64,000 nucleotides of DNA. It comes from Moniliella sp. 'wahieum'. Its lineage: Eukaryota. Below, piece after piece: positions 39,251 to 53,300 of the stretch. Under the pieces are notes generated by a model. The model saw nothing but the letters and a program-made list of their open reading frames with translations, did no database searches and was not told the DNA's origin. The number at the start of each line of letters is the position of its first letter. Position 1 is the stretch's first letter. The translations under genes and the position numbers were made by a program. The stretch covers positions 310,001-374,000 of the forward strand of contig RSEE01000015.1 in assembly GCA_003971905.1 (NCBI GenBank). The letters run 5' to 3'.

Positions 39251-40804
39251 ATGCTGCCTCGCCGGATGCTCGCCAGGGCAGTCGCACGCCCCGCTCTGCA
39301 TCACGCCCCACGCGCCGCGCCTCGTCCCCGCCGCTCGCCCCCGTGCCTGCCCCCTCGTGCACACCACCCCTGTGCGCGCCAGCAAGGCCGGGAGTGTGGA
39401 CATTCCCTGGTTCATGGAAGAGGAGACGGCGCTCGAGGACGAGGCCTTCGTGCGGGGCCCTGTGCAGGACCCCGAGGTGCCCCGCCTAACGTCCTTAGCG
39501 GCATGGGGGAGGGAGTGGATACACGCACAGTTCCTTCTGCCCAGCCAGCTGGAGGATCTGTACGACGTGCTCCTCTCTGGTCCCGCGTCCCATTTGGTCG
39601 CGTCTGTCCTCGAGCCCACGATGGGAGAAGGCTCGGTCTACTCCATGCACCAGAGCCTTGTCCCTGCCGGACGCAGTCACTCGCGTCGCCCTCCGATCGT
39701 TTCATCCATACCCTTCCCTCGCGCCTGAGCAGCCCACAGCCGATGGATCCTCATCATCGAGGTCCGCAGTGCCACGCGCGGTGCGGTCAAACGCCTGGCG
39801 AGGAAATCGGGTACTACGTACGTCATCTGCCTCCCCCTCTTCTTGCTCTGTACTAACCTTCAACATGCCAAGTTGGAACAAACCGCCCCTCCCGCTGTGG
39901 CACTGGAGAGCACAGCCGAGTTCCTCGAAACCCTTGACCTCACTCCTGAGGAGCGAATGGAGCTCCCCCTGGCCCGCCTCTCGTCTCGCGTGAGGTCCAA
40001 GAGGGCATTCGGATGCTGCATAGTTCCAATCCTGAGCGCTACACACCCAGTGCTCAGCACTGTCTTCTGTCTTTCCCTTGACATGGTCCAGCGCCTGCTG
40101 CAGCTCGACGTCCCCCTCCCCCGGCCCAGCTGGCTCGGCGTAACACCCGTCTGCAGCTGTTCCAGCATGTGCGTGAAGCGGCGATGCCCGAGTTGGAGCG
40201 CTCGCTGTTTGATCGGGTCGAAGCTGCATTTGAGCGTGTCTACAACATCCCCCTCCCGCCGAAGAGCAGAAGGCCCAGCTCCAGGGATACGATGCGCGGA
40301 CCGACACCATGCCCACCAAGGTGGTGATGCAGCATGTCTACACCCTGGTCGATCGCGAGTCGGGTCGGGAACTCGTGACACCCACCAAGAGCCAACGTCC
40401 CATCCACCCGGTGCAATACGAAGGTCTCGTCCCCTTTACCCAGGCGACCGCGGTGAACCGTTCCAACCCCGGAACCAACCGGTACATCAACTTCCGTGGT
40501 CCCCGTATCGCGGCTCGGGTCGACAATCAGCGCAAGAGGGGTGACGGTAACTGGGCCATGGTCGATGCTGGGTGGTGCCAGGTGCATGTGGTGACCCCGC
40601 GTGCGCGGAAAGAGTACCCGATGGAACGGAATTGGGGAGGCTATGGCGCAGGCTGCGTACGAGCGGGACAATGCCCTCGCCTTCCTCCGCGCCCGCCCGA
40701 AAGACGAAGACATGCTGATCAAGCGCGACTACAAAAAGCGCCGCCCACCACCGCCCATGCGGGCCTCGAATCCCGGCGACGATGACTATGATAAATGGGA
40801 TTAA
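39251..40804 (+). CDS. ATP25: Mitochondrial ATPase synthesis protein 25 (RsfS-like)
   Basis: Arg-rich presequence-like MLPRRMLARAV, DIPWF, WILIIEVRSATRGAVKRLAEEI, and the RsfS-type NWAMVDAGWCQVHVVTPRARKEY. Confidence 0.7.
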
Positions 40805-40871
40805 TGCATCTGGTGGCTAGCTGGCGCGTGGCATGTGGATGGGATTGGCCGTTAGGGCAAAGGGAGACGCT

Positions 40872-42613
40872 CTACCTTGCGTACCCCGCGGGCATGTTTT
40901 GCCCCCCAGCCGTGTCGAGCTTGGCGCTGCGTGTACCAAATTGAATGGCGCGCTTAGCCCGCTCGGCGGTAGCCCGGAACCCCAATGCATGTGCCACGTC
41001 CCGCAACAAGCGCTTGTCCCCGACTTGGTCTGTAGGACCGTAGAACGCCTTTTGCTCCACAGGCAGTTGGGCCACATAGTTTACCACAGCCAAGGCAAGG
41101 AACGGGAAACGGCTTCCCGCCCGGTAGAAGAAATGACCCGATCGTCGCGCCCTAGGTTGCGTTCGGGCAAGCGGTCCAAATCGAGCTGCAGCTCGTCCCG
41201 GAGGCCCGGGTAGGCCTTGCGCTCAAACGCAAGGCGGTGACGTTGGTAGCCTCCAAAGAGCTCGTCGGCACCTAGTCCGCTGATCAGTACACGAGCCGGC
41301 GTGGTATAGGGCGTTTCGTGTCCCGTCTCTGGGTTGGCGACCATGCCCCGGCCCAAGGCAGCAAAGTAGAGTGCCATGGCAATGCTCAGGTCCATCTGGA
41401 TCCCCATCACCATACCAAGAGTCAGCTGATCCTATCCCTCCCATGCATACGCATACGCCACGCGACACGCACGTACCACTGTATCGCTTGGCGCCATCGT
41501 ATCTACCACCTTGGCTCGTTGGGCGGCATATTCCTCTTTGGAGACGTTGATCGTGACCAGGCGCCAGGCACGCTCGGGGTGGAGCGTGCGCAACTCCTCC
41601 AGCGCAGCAAACGCGGTGAGCCGATCGGGGGTGTTGTAGTCGTCAGAAGATTGGAAGGCAACGTTCAACAGGTCGATCGGCTGTGTAGGCGGGAGATGCT
41701 GGTGCATGAGCAGGGCCAGGGTGGTGCAGTCGATTCCGCCCGAGAAGAGGAGGGCAGCGGAGACAGTGTTGCTTTCAGGGCGGCAGAGGATCGGGGGAAG
41801 GCGACTGGCAACAGAATCACGGAGTACTTGGATCAGGTGCTGGATGACCGCAGCCTGTGTCTCGCTAGGCGTGGTATTAGTGTTGGGCAAGACCGAAGGC
41901 AACGTCCATTCTGGGCGAGATCGGGGGAGGAGATCAAGGTCCGGTCGGAGGCGCGAAGGAGAAAGTAATTATCACATGGGACTTCAGTGAGCGGAGTGGG
42001 ACCTGCAGCACCGCAGGAAGCAAGGAGGAGATGCTCGGGGTTAGGGGATTGGAGGAGGGAGCGCCGTCCTAGGGGGTCGCGGCCATAGACCAGTCTTCGT
42101 CCGTGATGAAGCAGAAGGCGTAAGGCCCGTCGATGCGATCAAGTATGGAGGAGGGCGGTGGTGGGGCTGAGGGAAGAGGTGTGGACCAATAACTCGAGGG
42201 CAGCGAGGAGCGCTTCGCCGTCGTTGGCGGCGGTGTGGAGGGAAGCGAAGAGGTGGCTGAGAGCGGAGGCGGCGGCGGGGGCGGCAGGGCGGGGTCGAGA
42301 GCGAAGATCTGGCCGTTCCAGCGAGCGTGCCGAGGGCAGAGCGAAGGGGCTGGGGGGTTATGTAGCGGCCGCGGAGGCCCAGGACGCTGGAGAAGAGGCG
42401 TGTGTCGTGCCAGGCAGGCCAGAAGGGGGCGATGGTGGCGCATTGGTCGGGGCCTGGGCGGGAGGACGAAGGGTTAGTTTAGCGAGGGTGTGGAGGGGTT
42501 GGGGGGAGCAAGACGCACCACCAGGCGGTTGGTGGCGACCAGCTGCGTCCAGTGGCCGCCATCGTCGCCGGATCCGAGGAGCTGGCGGCGGCGACGAGAC
42601 AGATGCCGCACAT
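40872..42613 (-). CDS. ASNSD1: Asparagine synthetase domain-containing protein 1 (YML096W-like)
   Basis: MCGI N-terminus, [77 protein letters not shown] and [12 protein letters not shown]. Confidence 0.92.
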
Positions 42614-42870
42614 GATGGCCAGGACGGCTGGATGGTGGAGCCAGCAGGCAGCGCGGCGTCTTGTAATTTTTTTTGATCGTCCTGAAGCTTGAAGCTTGAA
42701 GGCGCCTGAAGACGTCAGGCCTGACCTCGACCGGTGCGGGGGGCATCTGCGGAATTCCTGTTCCGCCCTGCCTCGCCACTCCTTTTTGCCGGGGTTTGGC
42801 CAGGGCAATTTTTTTCGTCCAGTCCGCCCTCTCGCCAGCCCTGATACGACGCTTCCAATCTCTTCTGACC

Positions 42871-43961
42871 ATGGCGCTGCGCAACTACGTCCAGCGGAGG
42901 AACCACAAGGAGCGTGGCCAGCTCGCTTCCCGCAGCCAGCTTGGCCTGCTCGAGAAGAAGAAGGACTACAAGCTCCGCGCAGAGGACCACCACGCCAAGT
43001 CTCGTGCAATCAAGCGGCTTGAGGAGAAGGCCGCCAACCGGAACGCGGATGAGTTTAGCTTCAGCATGATCCGCGGTCGCATCGACCAGCGCACCGGACG
43101 CCACATCACCGGCTTGTCCAAGGAGCAGGCCAATTTCTCCCACGCACTCATCTCGCTCTTGAAGACACAGGACTCGGCTGCGCTGCGCGACCAGCTGCGG
43201 CGCGAAAAGAAGCGGGCGGCCAAGCTGGTGGACAAGCTCGGTCCGCTCGTGCCGACTATGCGGGTTGTATGGCTGCGCACGCTCGTAGTCGGTGACTTTC
43301 AGACCGCACGCGAGGACAGGTCCTGCAGCTGGCTAACCTCTTGGCTGGCGAATGGGGCCCGCTGGACGAGATGGACGATGTCGATCCCGAGGCCCAGGCG
43401 GGGGAGATGGGCAAGAAGACGGTGGTGCGAATCTGTGGACGAATGTACGTTGATGCACACAGACTGGGTTGTTTGGCGGATACTGACCAAGGGATAGTGC
43501 GGAGCATGGCGGCCAAGGATAAGGGCAAACGCAGGGCCGAACCTGACGACGACGAGGAGGAAATCGACCCGACCGACCTGGATGGCGACGATGATCTTGC
43601 CCCCAAGGCAGGAGGGGGGAAAGTATGCTGCATACCTGGTGCAACTGCTGAGTGGACGGCAAGCACGAATGACCGTGCTGGAATCGGCATTGGGCAAGCT
43701 GGAGTTGGTGCGCAAAATCATGCGGACCAAGGGACAGCATGTCAAGCTTCAGACCCGCAAAGACGAGGAGCGTCATGACCAGCTCACCGACTTGGTCGCC
43801 GAGGGCAAGGTGACACCGTTTGGCATTGCATTGCCCGGGTACGAGGATGCCCAGGCGGATGCAGACTACCAGGACTCGTTTGGTTTCAAGCAACGTGGCT
43901 TCAAGGGTACCCCGAACCCAAGAAAAAGTCGTACAAATGGAGCACAGAACGGCAACGCTGA
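42871..43961 (+). CDS. UTP11: U3 snoRNP / SSU processome subunit Utp11
   Basis: RRNHKERGQLASRSQLGLLEKKKDYKLRAEDHHAK...KAANRNADEFSFSM, LLKTQD, and C-terminal KSYKWSTERQR followed by a stop. Confidence 0.93.
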
Positions 43962-44223
43962 ATGGAATCCACCTCTGTCTATTGTATGGTCTCCATTCCA
44001 AGTCCTGGATATCTAGCTGTCATAGCGCCCAACGTCAACGCCCAGAGGCGAAGCGACCTATCACTACTTTACTGCCAACTATGTTCAACGGTCGTGTGCG
44101 CTTTCTTGATGTTGACAGCTGATAAAGAGCACCCGATAGCCGGATGTCGTTGTCATTGGCATTGGCATTGCAGTGACAGCAGCTCACAGTGTGGAGACGC
44201 GAGCTGGACACATTTATACAATC

Positions 44224-44765
44224 TTACGGCTTGTTACCATTCAGCAGGCCTGCCGCCGCCGCCTCCTGGTCCGCCTCGAGCTGCTGCACCGGCTGTCCAG
44301 CAGGAACTGCCTCGTTGTAGGCTGCGTGCCGCGGTTTGGAGGGGCGCGCTGGTCACGTCCACGCCCCCGGGTTTTGCTTGGCCTGGGCCAGAAGCTGATC
44401 CTCGGGTCCACCCAAGACAGGACCGTCAAAGGCGTCGGCACGCGTGCCGAGCGACTCGGCGTGATCGTCGCCCCCTTCCTCGGGAGGAATGATCATGAGT
44501 CCCCACCCGTTTGGCCCGTCTGTCCAGTGTGTACAGACGCACCTGGGAGCCCTGCTACCCCAGACTCGTTCACCCCCGTTTCGTCCGAGGTGACAGTGTT
44601 GCGCGCGGCTGGAACTTGTCCTTGGTTTTGTAACTGCTCTTGGAGCCGAGCGAGGCTGCCTGATCCAGGGGAAACCATTGTTAGCTGAGATGAATGAAGG
44701 GGGGGGGCGCGTACCTGCTCCTCAATGATTTGCGCATCCGACTTGCCAGCGTACTCGTCCGACAT
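44224..44765 (-). CDS. Small Gly/acidic hydrophilic fungal hypothetical protein
   Basis: MSDEYAGKSDAQIIEEQ, an intron at about 44714-44661 (GTACGC..CTAAC..CAG), then ETGVNESGVAGLPGASV and IPPEEGG...GGPED in a shifted frame. Confidence 0.6.
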
Positions 44766-45308
44766 GATATTGCTCAGGTGGGGATCGTGGGTGTATGGGG
44801 TAAGAACGGGAGAGCGAGGCCATGCGATTTATACCATCAGCCTACGGCCTAATGATGCAGGCTAGAGGCGAATGACGTCGAGGGCAAGCTACAAGGGAAA
44901 CGTCGATCTCCTCTTCTTGCAGGGCAACGTCATAGCTGCCGTCGGACCAGCGGGCCGCACACTGGGCTGAATGCTGAGCTGGACGCACTGACCAACTCGA
45001 GGGCCACCCGAGGATCGAAGACGGCGAGCAGCGGATTAGAACCGTACGTCTTCGCAGGAACTAACCCATCCTATTGAACAACCATCCTCACGCGTCGTCG
45101 TCATCGATGCATTGGGCCGTCGCTCGGACCAAGCGCCCATCTGGGCTGCTGAGCACTTCGTTCACCGACCGTTCAGCTTGAGCGCCGTCCCGATCCGCCT
45201 CTCCTCGGCTACACAACGGCGGCTGTCCCCCGCGTCATGGCACTGGGCCTGCCGCGCGGGCCGAGGGAGGCCAGGCGGAGGCGGCATCCTGGCCATCGAG
45301 CGCAGCGC

Positions 45309-48300
45309 CTACGCCATCGCCTTGGCCAGCAGACCTTTGTACTTGTCCCCCAGCTCGTCCCACAAGCCTGGACGGGCGCCCTGCATGGCCTCCAGCGTCG
45401 GCCCCAGCTCTTTCAGCCGCCGCGGCACTTCCCCCCTCAGGTCCAGGGTGGCGACCGGTCGTGGGCCCACTCTTCTTTGCCCATCGCGGCCGCTGGATCG
45501 ACCGCGCCGGCCTCGTCCATCACTCCGAGATCCAGCAGGTCCGACACGTGCATCCCCCCAACGACTAGTCGTCCCACCCGTCCTCGTCGACCTCCTCCGC
45601 CTCGGGCTCCTGGCCTGCCGACTTCACCGTCCAGCACTCCATCAACGCACCCAGCAAGCAAGCGCGACGGTGGAGCGGTAGAGTGTGTTGGCCGGCCATG
45701 GAACGCGTTACAATTTGCCTCCGGTCGGTAGCACTTCCCCCCGTACAGGTAGCGTCAGTAGCAGATCCCCTCCCTCCCGCAGCAGACGCAGCAGACGCCA
45801 GGGCGTTCACCTTGCGTGCCCAGACGCCATGCAGCGATCCGTCTCTTGCATCCAGCGTTCCGCCACGAGCGCAGCCCTGTCCGTCACCCAAGTCCAGCGC
45901 AGCGAGCACAGCCAGCGCATCGGTCCGCGGGCACACCAGCGTCGGGCCGGAATCAGGTAGAGAAGGGGCACGAGGATGCCGTGGGTTAAGGATGCTGTCT
46001 TGGCTGCCTTGAGGCGAGAGACGAGGGCACGGAGCAGCTCGCTGCTCTGTTGGAGCATGCCCTTCTCTCCGGATCAGGGCACAAAGGAACGGTCCAAGCG
46101 CCAACCGGCCGTCGTTTCGAGCGTGTCCTCGGGTCGAGCAAGGCAGTGAGCACGGGGCAAGGAAGGCGCGTGTCGAGGTGGGTGGCAGCGTGGGAGCAAG
46201 GGTGATGGGAAGCCCGTTCCAGGCCAGTGTGGGTTCGGGCGCCTTGCCAATGAGGTAGGTGAGGCTCTGGACGAGCGCCTGTTGCACGTCCGGTCTTGTC
46301 CCAACTCGGCCCAGGCACCCACCAGGGCGGGGAGAAGGGTGGGGCAGCTTGGACTGTAGTAGCGCATCGGGCTGAGCCGCACGAAGCAATGCATCAACAC
46401 ATGCCAGAGTAGCTGCCGCCGCCCGCGTAGCCCAGCGTCCATATCCTCCTTAGTCGCCCCCTCGATACTGCCTTCCAGCTGCACCTCGGCCTCGGTGGGG
46501 CGCACCACGTACCCAGCCACAAGGGGAATGCAGCACTGAGGATGGCCACATCCGCTGGCGCTTGCACCTGGGACACAAACGCCTCCAACACATCCTCCGC
46601 CACCGAGCTCACTACCGGATCGTCTCGCTGGGCCAGGAAGGTGTGCACCACGCCCTCGGCCAGCGCGGACGCTTCGCGGCGCTGACGCTACCCGAGGAGA
46701 GCGCAGCGACGCCAAACAGCCTGCACGGCCTCCAGAACCAGACGCTCGTGTCACTTTGTTCAGCAGTCTGGGTGCTTTGCAACAGACGGCCCAGGTGGCC
46801 CAGGAGAGTCGGCGCACACTCGCTGGCTTCAGGTGGCGTGGTAGAGGAGGCGAAGTGACGATAAAAGTTGCGCACGGTCCGCGTCGCGGCGGCCGTCGCA
46901 ATCGCATCGCTGCCGCCCAGGGTGAGGGTGGCCGCGTTAAGGAACTGAAGAGAGATGCTGAGGGGCAAGGCGGCGGCAAACTGGGAGGCAAAGAGGAACG
47001 TTTGGGCGGTCAAGAGAGGCGGGGCATTTTGCACATACGGCGCCACGGCCAGATCAAACGTTTTTTCCAGTTCAAACGCTGGCGTTTCAGCGAGCAGGTC
47101 TCCGTTGCCTCCCAAGAGGAGCAGGATAGCCTCAATCGGTTTCCACCAATCTGATCGTCCTTGAGCGCGGTACGCCTCTCCGACGGCCACGCGCGCCGGC
47201 ACAGCGCGTACCAATGCTTTGACACTTGCGTCTGGAATCACCTCCAATAGGTCCGACACCGGTCTCGAGCCCAGTGGCGCGCAAGGATTCCGTGCCAGCA
47301 AAGATGGCACCTCCACCATCGGCCTCATCAAGCTCGGCGACAAAGGCGTTGATGAACGGACCATTCCTCCTCTTGCTCGTTGGTCACCATGCAAGTTGGG
47401 TCAAACTTTCGACCCAGGAGCCGAGGAGAGAGATCCCACCTTCCTGACCTGGGCGGAGAAGATTGGAGCAGGTTGGAGACCGTCTTGTGGTACGCGCGAA
47501 GAAGCGCGCTGGCCGTCTCCACCGCTGCGCTCGCCACACCCGGGAGGGAGGAAGCAATGTCCCCATCGCCTTCGGGGGGAAGCCAGCTGGCTCCCCTCTG
47601 CCGAGGGGCTGGTTTCGTAGGTTTCCAAGGCCTGTGCGGCAGCGCGGGTAACAGCGAGGGAGGCAACGACCACGTCCGACACGTGCGATTTGAACACAGG
47701 CTTGACATGCGACGCCAGCTGGAGCGTGCGCAGCGCCTCGGCAGTGAGTGCAAGCTGTTCCCATGTTTCCACTCCCTGGGCACTCGTGGCGAGCGCATGC
47801 AAGCCCTGCTCGCCTTGCCGCACGAGCTGAAGAAGGGCAGGGATCCAACGAGGGAGCACAGTCTCAAGCGCCGTCTGGGCCGCTTGTGGAAACTGTTCCC
47901 GGATCAAGTAGGTAGCCTCGAGCATCTGACGCACCAGACCAACAGCGCGGGCCTGAAGGTGCGCATCGATGCCTTGGGGCGATGAGACGATGGCCTCGAG
48001 ACTAGGGAGAAGCTGATCGGTAAGGTGGAGGAGCTGGTGCTCGTCCAACTCGGAACGGGCAAACTCGGACAGGAAGACGAGGGCGCCATGAGCCTTGTGC
48101 GGGGTAACATTGGCTGGATCAAGTGCGGAAATGAGGACAGGCAGGAGCTCGGGCATCTGGTCGGGGAAGTCGGTGCTGGCCACGTGGCTGAGCGTGAGGG
48201 CCGAGGCGAGCCGGAGTTTGCGCTCGTCAGAGAGCAGGAGCTCAAGGAGGGTGGCGCGAACTTGGGCCTTGGCCGCGGCGGGCATGGCCTCGCCGTTTAC

Positions 48301-48543
48301 GCCTGTGTAGTTGGCGCCGAGAGGAGACCAGGTGGCATCGACAACCTGGCGCAGAAGTAAGGAAGCGGCCTGGCGGATGGGCAGCGGGACAGCCGGGGTG
48401 GCAGCGACCTGGACGAGAGCAGGGCCAAAGAGGCCGTCGCTGGTCTTGCGGTGCTGCAGCTGGGCCTCGGCATGGGAGCGGAGGCCCGTGTCGGCGTCGA
48501 GGGTCTGGGCGAGGAGCTGGGCAACCGCGTCAGGATCAGCCAT
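45309..48543 (-). CDS. KAP114: Importin-beta family karyopherin, importin-9/Kap114-like
   Basis: IBN_N-type start LLAQTLDADTGLRSHAEAQL...IRQAASLLLRQVVDATWSP, VASTDFPDQMPELLP, WWKPIEAILLLLG, FLFASQFA and an acidic C-terminal tract. About 3.2 kb with frameshifts. Confidence 0.85.
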
Positions 48544-50331
48544 GGCGGTGGGGGGGAGGAGCAGCAGAAAAGTGGTGGAGAGGAGGCGTGCTAGGCTTGC
48601 TGGCTGGTTTTTTTTGTTGGTTTTTTTTCTGGCAGCCAAAGCGAAGAGGTGGTGCGCGCCGCGCTTTTACATCAGCAGCCCCACACTTGTCTTGCCCAGG
48701 AGAGCAGGGAAGGGGATGTTGCCTTGACGCGTCGCGCCGCCCCCACGCCGGGGCAGGCATCGCACGCACCAGGATTGGTCTTGCGTCCGGCGCTCCCGCC
48801 CCGCCCGCGTCCCACCCATGCGGGCGTGCCAGCCCCATATCCATCTCTTCGCGCCCCTCACACCTATTACGTCTGCGTCTCATGTCGGAATCCGACCCCC
48901 GGGTCTTACACGTTTCCCCCAACCTACTAGTAGTACTACACTGGACGTTAGTACGTACTAGAGTTACCGCTCTTTTTACCATCGATGGCTCGGGACCCTC
49001 TTGGCGTTTGTTTGCATGGGGTGCAGCCCAGTCACGCCTTCTTCCGAGGGAGGCACAGCAGCGCGTCCTGGCCGCCGCCTGGTTCCGCGGCTTCCCCTTC
49101 GCACGCGTTCCCTCCACCTGGGCGAGTCCTCGACGCTACGTTAAGTACCACATTACTTGCTGCCCACGGTCGATTGACACTGTGCGTATCGAACACGAGG
49201 CCTACCCCACCCAGTGTTGCTCTCACAAGACCGGGTCAACCAGGATACTACTAAGGACTTGCAGGGCAGCATATCTCCACGCTCTTTCTCCTTGCAATGG
49301 TTGTGGCATCGGAATCGTAGTCGGCCCAGGCCCATGCGGACAATGAGTTCACGCCGTGTCTGTGCGCTTCTCGCCCTGTGTTGGCCACCGCGGCGACCAT
49401 TTTTTCATGCTGGGGATGGTGGCTCTCAGCAACTTTTTTGTAGCTTCTGCCGGGTTCGGCCGCTTGAACTACACGGAGACCTGCCTTGAACGAACGATCG
49501 GAGGAAGTTGCAGGGTTTGAGGGGGTGGTGTGGGGCATCATGTGTGCTTGCATTGTATGCTGATTTTGGCGCTTGGACACAAGCGTAGTTTGCTGGTGCC
49601 GTGTGGAACGGCCATGCATATTCTTTGTGACGGGGGATAGGGGTGTTCTGTTTTGGCACATTGGGCCCTGCAATGGGCGAGGCACTAGTATTGCTGTGAT
49701 GCATACTATGATGTGGGGGCCAAAAGAAGCGCGAGCAAAAGTGCATACTGGTGACGGCAACTGGTGTTGGAGCTGTTGGGCTGCTGCCCCATGGATGATT
49801 TGGCGGGGCATGTTTGCCCTGAGGATGAATATTGAAGGGTGAAGCTTGAGCCTCAATCGGGAAGCGATTGGCGTAGGACGATGGAGCGGGGAGGAGGAGG
49901 GGACTAGGCACAGATGGGGTGCGAGGGCATCGGATGGACTGTGCGGCTGCATGCGGGCGAGGTGTGATGTGACATGTGATACAGTGTGCTGTGATACGGG
50001 CGATGGCGATGGAGAGTGCGCTGCTGCCTGCGCTGGAAAGCCAGACCCCCTCGGGGTGCCAGGCGGCTGTCGGGCTGTCGGAGCTGGGATGCGACGATGC
50101 GGAGGGCAGGCGGTGGATCGCATGCGCCGTGCTCAGCCATCCGATGGCTGAGCATTGATAGAGCATTGCCTCCTGCTGCTCCGCCCTCGCCATCGCCCTT
50201 GCCCCCGCCCTCGCCCTCGCCGTTGCCCCCCCCCTCGCCATCGCATCCCCCCCCCCCCCCCAACCACCGCCCTCGCTACCCCCCCCCTCCCTTCCGTGGG
50301 CCGATGAGCCGCGATCACGCGCGCCGTGGCC

Positions 50332-53300
50332 ATGTCCAGTGCCGCCGTGGCCATCACATCTCCCACCCCTAGTCCCCCCCCACCTCCTCCTCTTCGCCCC
50401 TCCCCACTGCCTTTTCCACCCATCTGCATGCCCTCGCCCGCGCCCACTGGGCTGCCCAGCCCCCTCACGCCGCGCTCGACGGATCCACCGTCCCCCAAAT
50501 CCTCGACGCTGTCCTCTCCGCCCTCTCTGTCCTTGGCAGCCCCGACACGCTTGCTTCCCTCGCCGCCTCCGCCAGCCTGGCCTGGCGGCTGGACCCACTC
50601 TACACCAGGCGCCACACCACCCAAGACGGCGAAGCCAGGATGGATCCGTCTCTAGGAACGGCGCTTGGGCTCGGTCGCTGCCCACCACGCCTTCCTGCGC
50701 CCACGCCCACCCCCTCCACCCAAGTCTCGAGATGGGCCTGGGCCTTTTCTGGTACGCTTCCCCTTCCCTTGCTGATGATCCTGTCCCCGCGCCCGGTCCC
50801 GACCAGGTTCGCGAGACCGAGTCGGATGAGTGGCAGCTGTGCCTGTTGGGGGAGGGCGAGCAAGAGCGGATCATGCGCCGTTCGGTGGCGGTCAAGATGC
50901 TGACGCATGCCCTGAGTACGTCGGCCACTGAGGAACCGCCGCCGCTCACTTTGCGCGCCGGTGCCAAGACGCCCAAACGCAAGCCATGCTGAATACAGTT
51001 CCGATGGCGTGCACATCCGCCCTGCCGTTGCCGCTCCCGCGGTCGTCGTCACTGCCGACAATCCTGCATCCGGCTCGAGTCTGGCACTGCCCGAACCGGC
51101 CGTGTCGAGCACGGCAGGCGCAGAGGACATGCCGTCGGTCATGCACTTAGCCTCCATCGCAGCCCATGGGGTGGGAGTTTTGGGCTCGGAGGCGTTTCGA
51201 ACTCCTTCCACATCGCCCCGTCCTCCTTCGAGCGTGAGCGAAGACAAGCCCAAGGAGAAAGAGAGAGAGAAAGGGAAAGAGAAGGAGAAAGAGGAAGAGA
51301 GAAAGAAAAGGAAGGAGGTACAAGCCGTGCTCATGCGCATCTTGCCGCCATCGCTGCTTCCGGCCCGTCTCGTACACCGCACCGTGAGCGTAGGCCACCC
51401 CTGCCGCCCCAGCCGCCAGGACCAGAGGGCGTGACACTCACCCTAACTGCGTCCGAGGCGGAGAGACTGACAGTAGAACGGGCCGAGCGGGCGTTTGCGG
51501 CACGGATTGTTGAGGCATGTGAGCCTTCCACCCGAGTTGCCAAAATTCAACTCCAGGTCGAAGTCTTTCTTGAGGGGAAGCAGGTGCCGCTCTCCCATCT
51601 TGATGCGCATTTAGGGGACACGGAGGACGTGCCGGGCCCCTCGTCCAGGGTACGCTGGTCCTCTTTCCCCCGACCACCCAGCCAGTCCGATGAGCCCGAC
51701 CTGTTTGGCCGAGTGTATCCTTCCTCTTCCTCCTCCAATATCCCTACCCCATTGGAAGTCGCAACGGCCCGGTCCTCCCCAGAAAGCTCGCTTTTGCCAA
51801 CATCGCCTCTCCCTTCCGCACTTTCGGGGGGCGAGGATAAGATTCATTTGGTGGGCGGGACGTTTTCCATCCATGCCCGCTCGGCTTCCGAGGCAGGACG
51901 CGTGGTGGACATGTTGCGTACCCTGGTACGTCGTCTGTTTCCTTCCCTGCGGGCAAGAGACGTGAGCTAACCGTTCTTTGCTAGATGTATGCCGGGCAGG
52001 CGATGCTGCTTGAAGCGCAGTTCTTGGCCAACATGGGGATGGAACTGCCCTATCCGGAAGATGTACCGACTTCGACCCCCGCGGCCCGTGATGCCACCCC
52101 ACTGTCTCCTCCTGAGACTCACGCGAAAGAGAAGGATGGTTGGGGCAAGCAGATTTGGTCCTTACTCTCTTCGGTACGTCCCAACCACCAAGGTACGATC
52201 ATTGCGCCCCAAGGAGCAGAGATGGAATAGTGAGCGCATCCTGCGCGTTGAGGATGCTCCCTCGCACCCGACGCGCCCGCACATCAGTCACCTCGCTTCA
52301 ACCATTTCTGTAAGCCGGCTTGGGCATCTGCACCAACCGCGCCCTGGTTCCGTTTCGCGTTTTCTCCGTTCACTTTGGGGAAATGAGGAAACGTCAAACA
52401 CCTCTCCAGTTTCATCGCGACGTTCTTCGTTTACTCGGTCTCGCACTCTTTCTTTCCGCCGCACCCTCTCTCCTCCCACCACCCTTTTCATCGCAAGAAT
52501 GATGAAGGTAGCGCATCGGAGCCCGAGTCGGAGCATGCGGCGCAGGCGGTGCAGGCCGTGCGTTGGACACGACCCAGTAAGGTCGAGCGGATCGTCACCA
52601 CGTCTCCCTTCCTCCAACGGGAAGGGAAAAGTTTCGCTTCGTCCCAAGCGATCGCCCTGATTCGCGCTATCCCCCTCCCACGCCTACGCCGATCCCAATA
52701 CCCACGGACGCCCTTCGCCCCAACGACATGGGAGGCACGTCCGCCCACCCCACCCCTTCGTCACCCAGGACACTCCCCTCCCGTGCGCCGCGAGCAGAAC
52801 AGCGCCGCGTCACAAGTCTCACCTTCCCGCGCCCAATACAAGCGAAGCCCCGGAGCGTTTCGATGACGCTGCCTTCCTCGGACGCGGACTTGGCGCAGGG
52901 CATAGCCCCTGACGATGCCACCTCGACCGACAAGGCAGAGGCCCTGCCTCGGCCCTTGATCTTGGGCGATGATGCGGAATGGGTAACGATCGACTTTTTC
53001 CGCGCGCTTCGCAAGACAGGCGACGTACGCCTAGGACAGGTGGTGGAGACGTTAGCCTTGGCTGCCGCGGCCGCGGCCGGGGCCGGGCCAGGGACGGGGC
53101 CAGAGGCAGAGCCAGGGGCAGGGGTGGGGGCGGAGCCAAGCAAGGCGCCGCCCGACGTGGCGTATGGAGAGGAGACATGCTGGACCCTAGCGCACAATGG
53201 GTACCTTGTTACCCTTGCCGCTCGAGCGGTACGCGCGGGCGGGGAGAACCCGCCTTGTCTTCCCGGGTGAGCGTGGCCAGCGAGAGTGACTCGGCATGTA

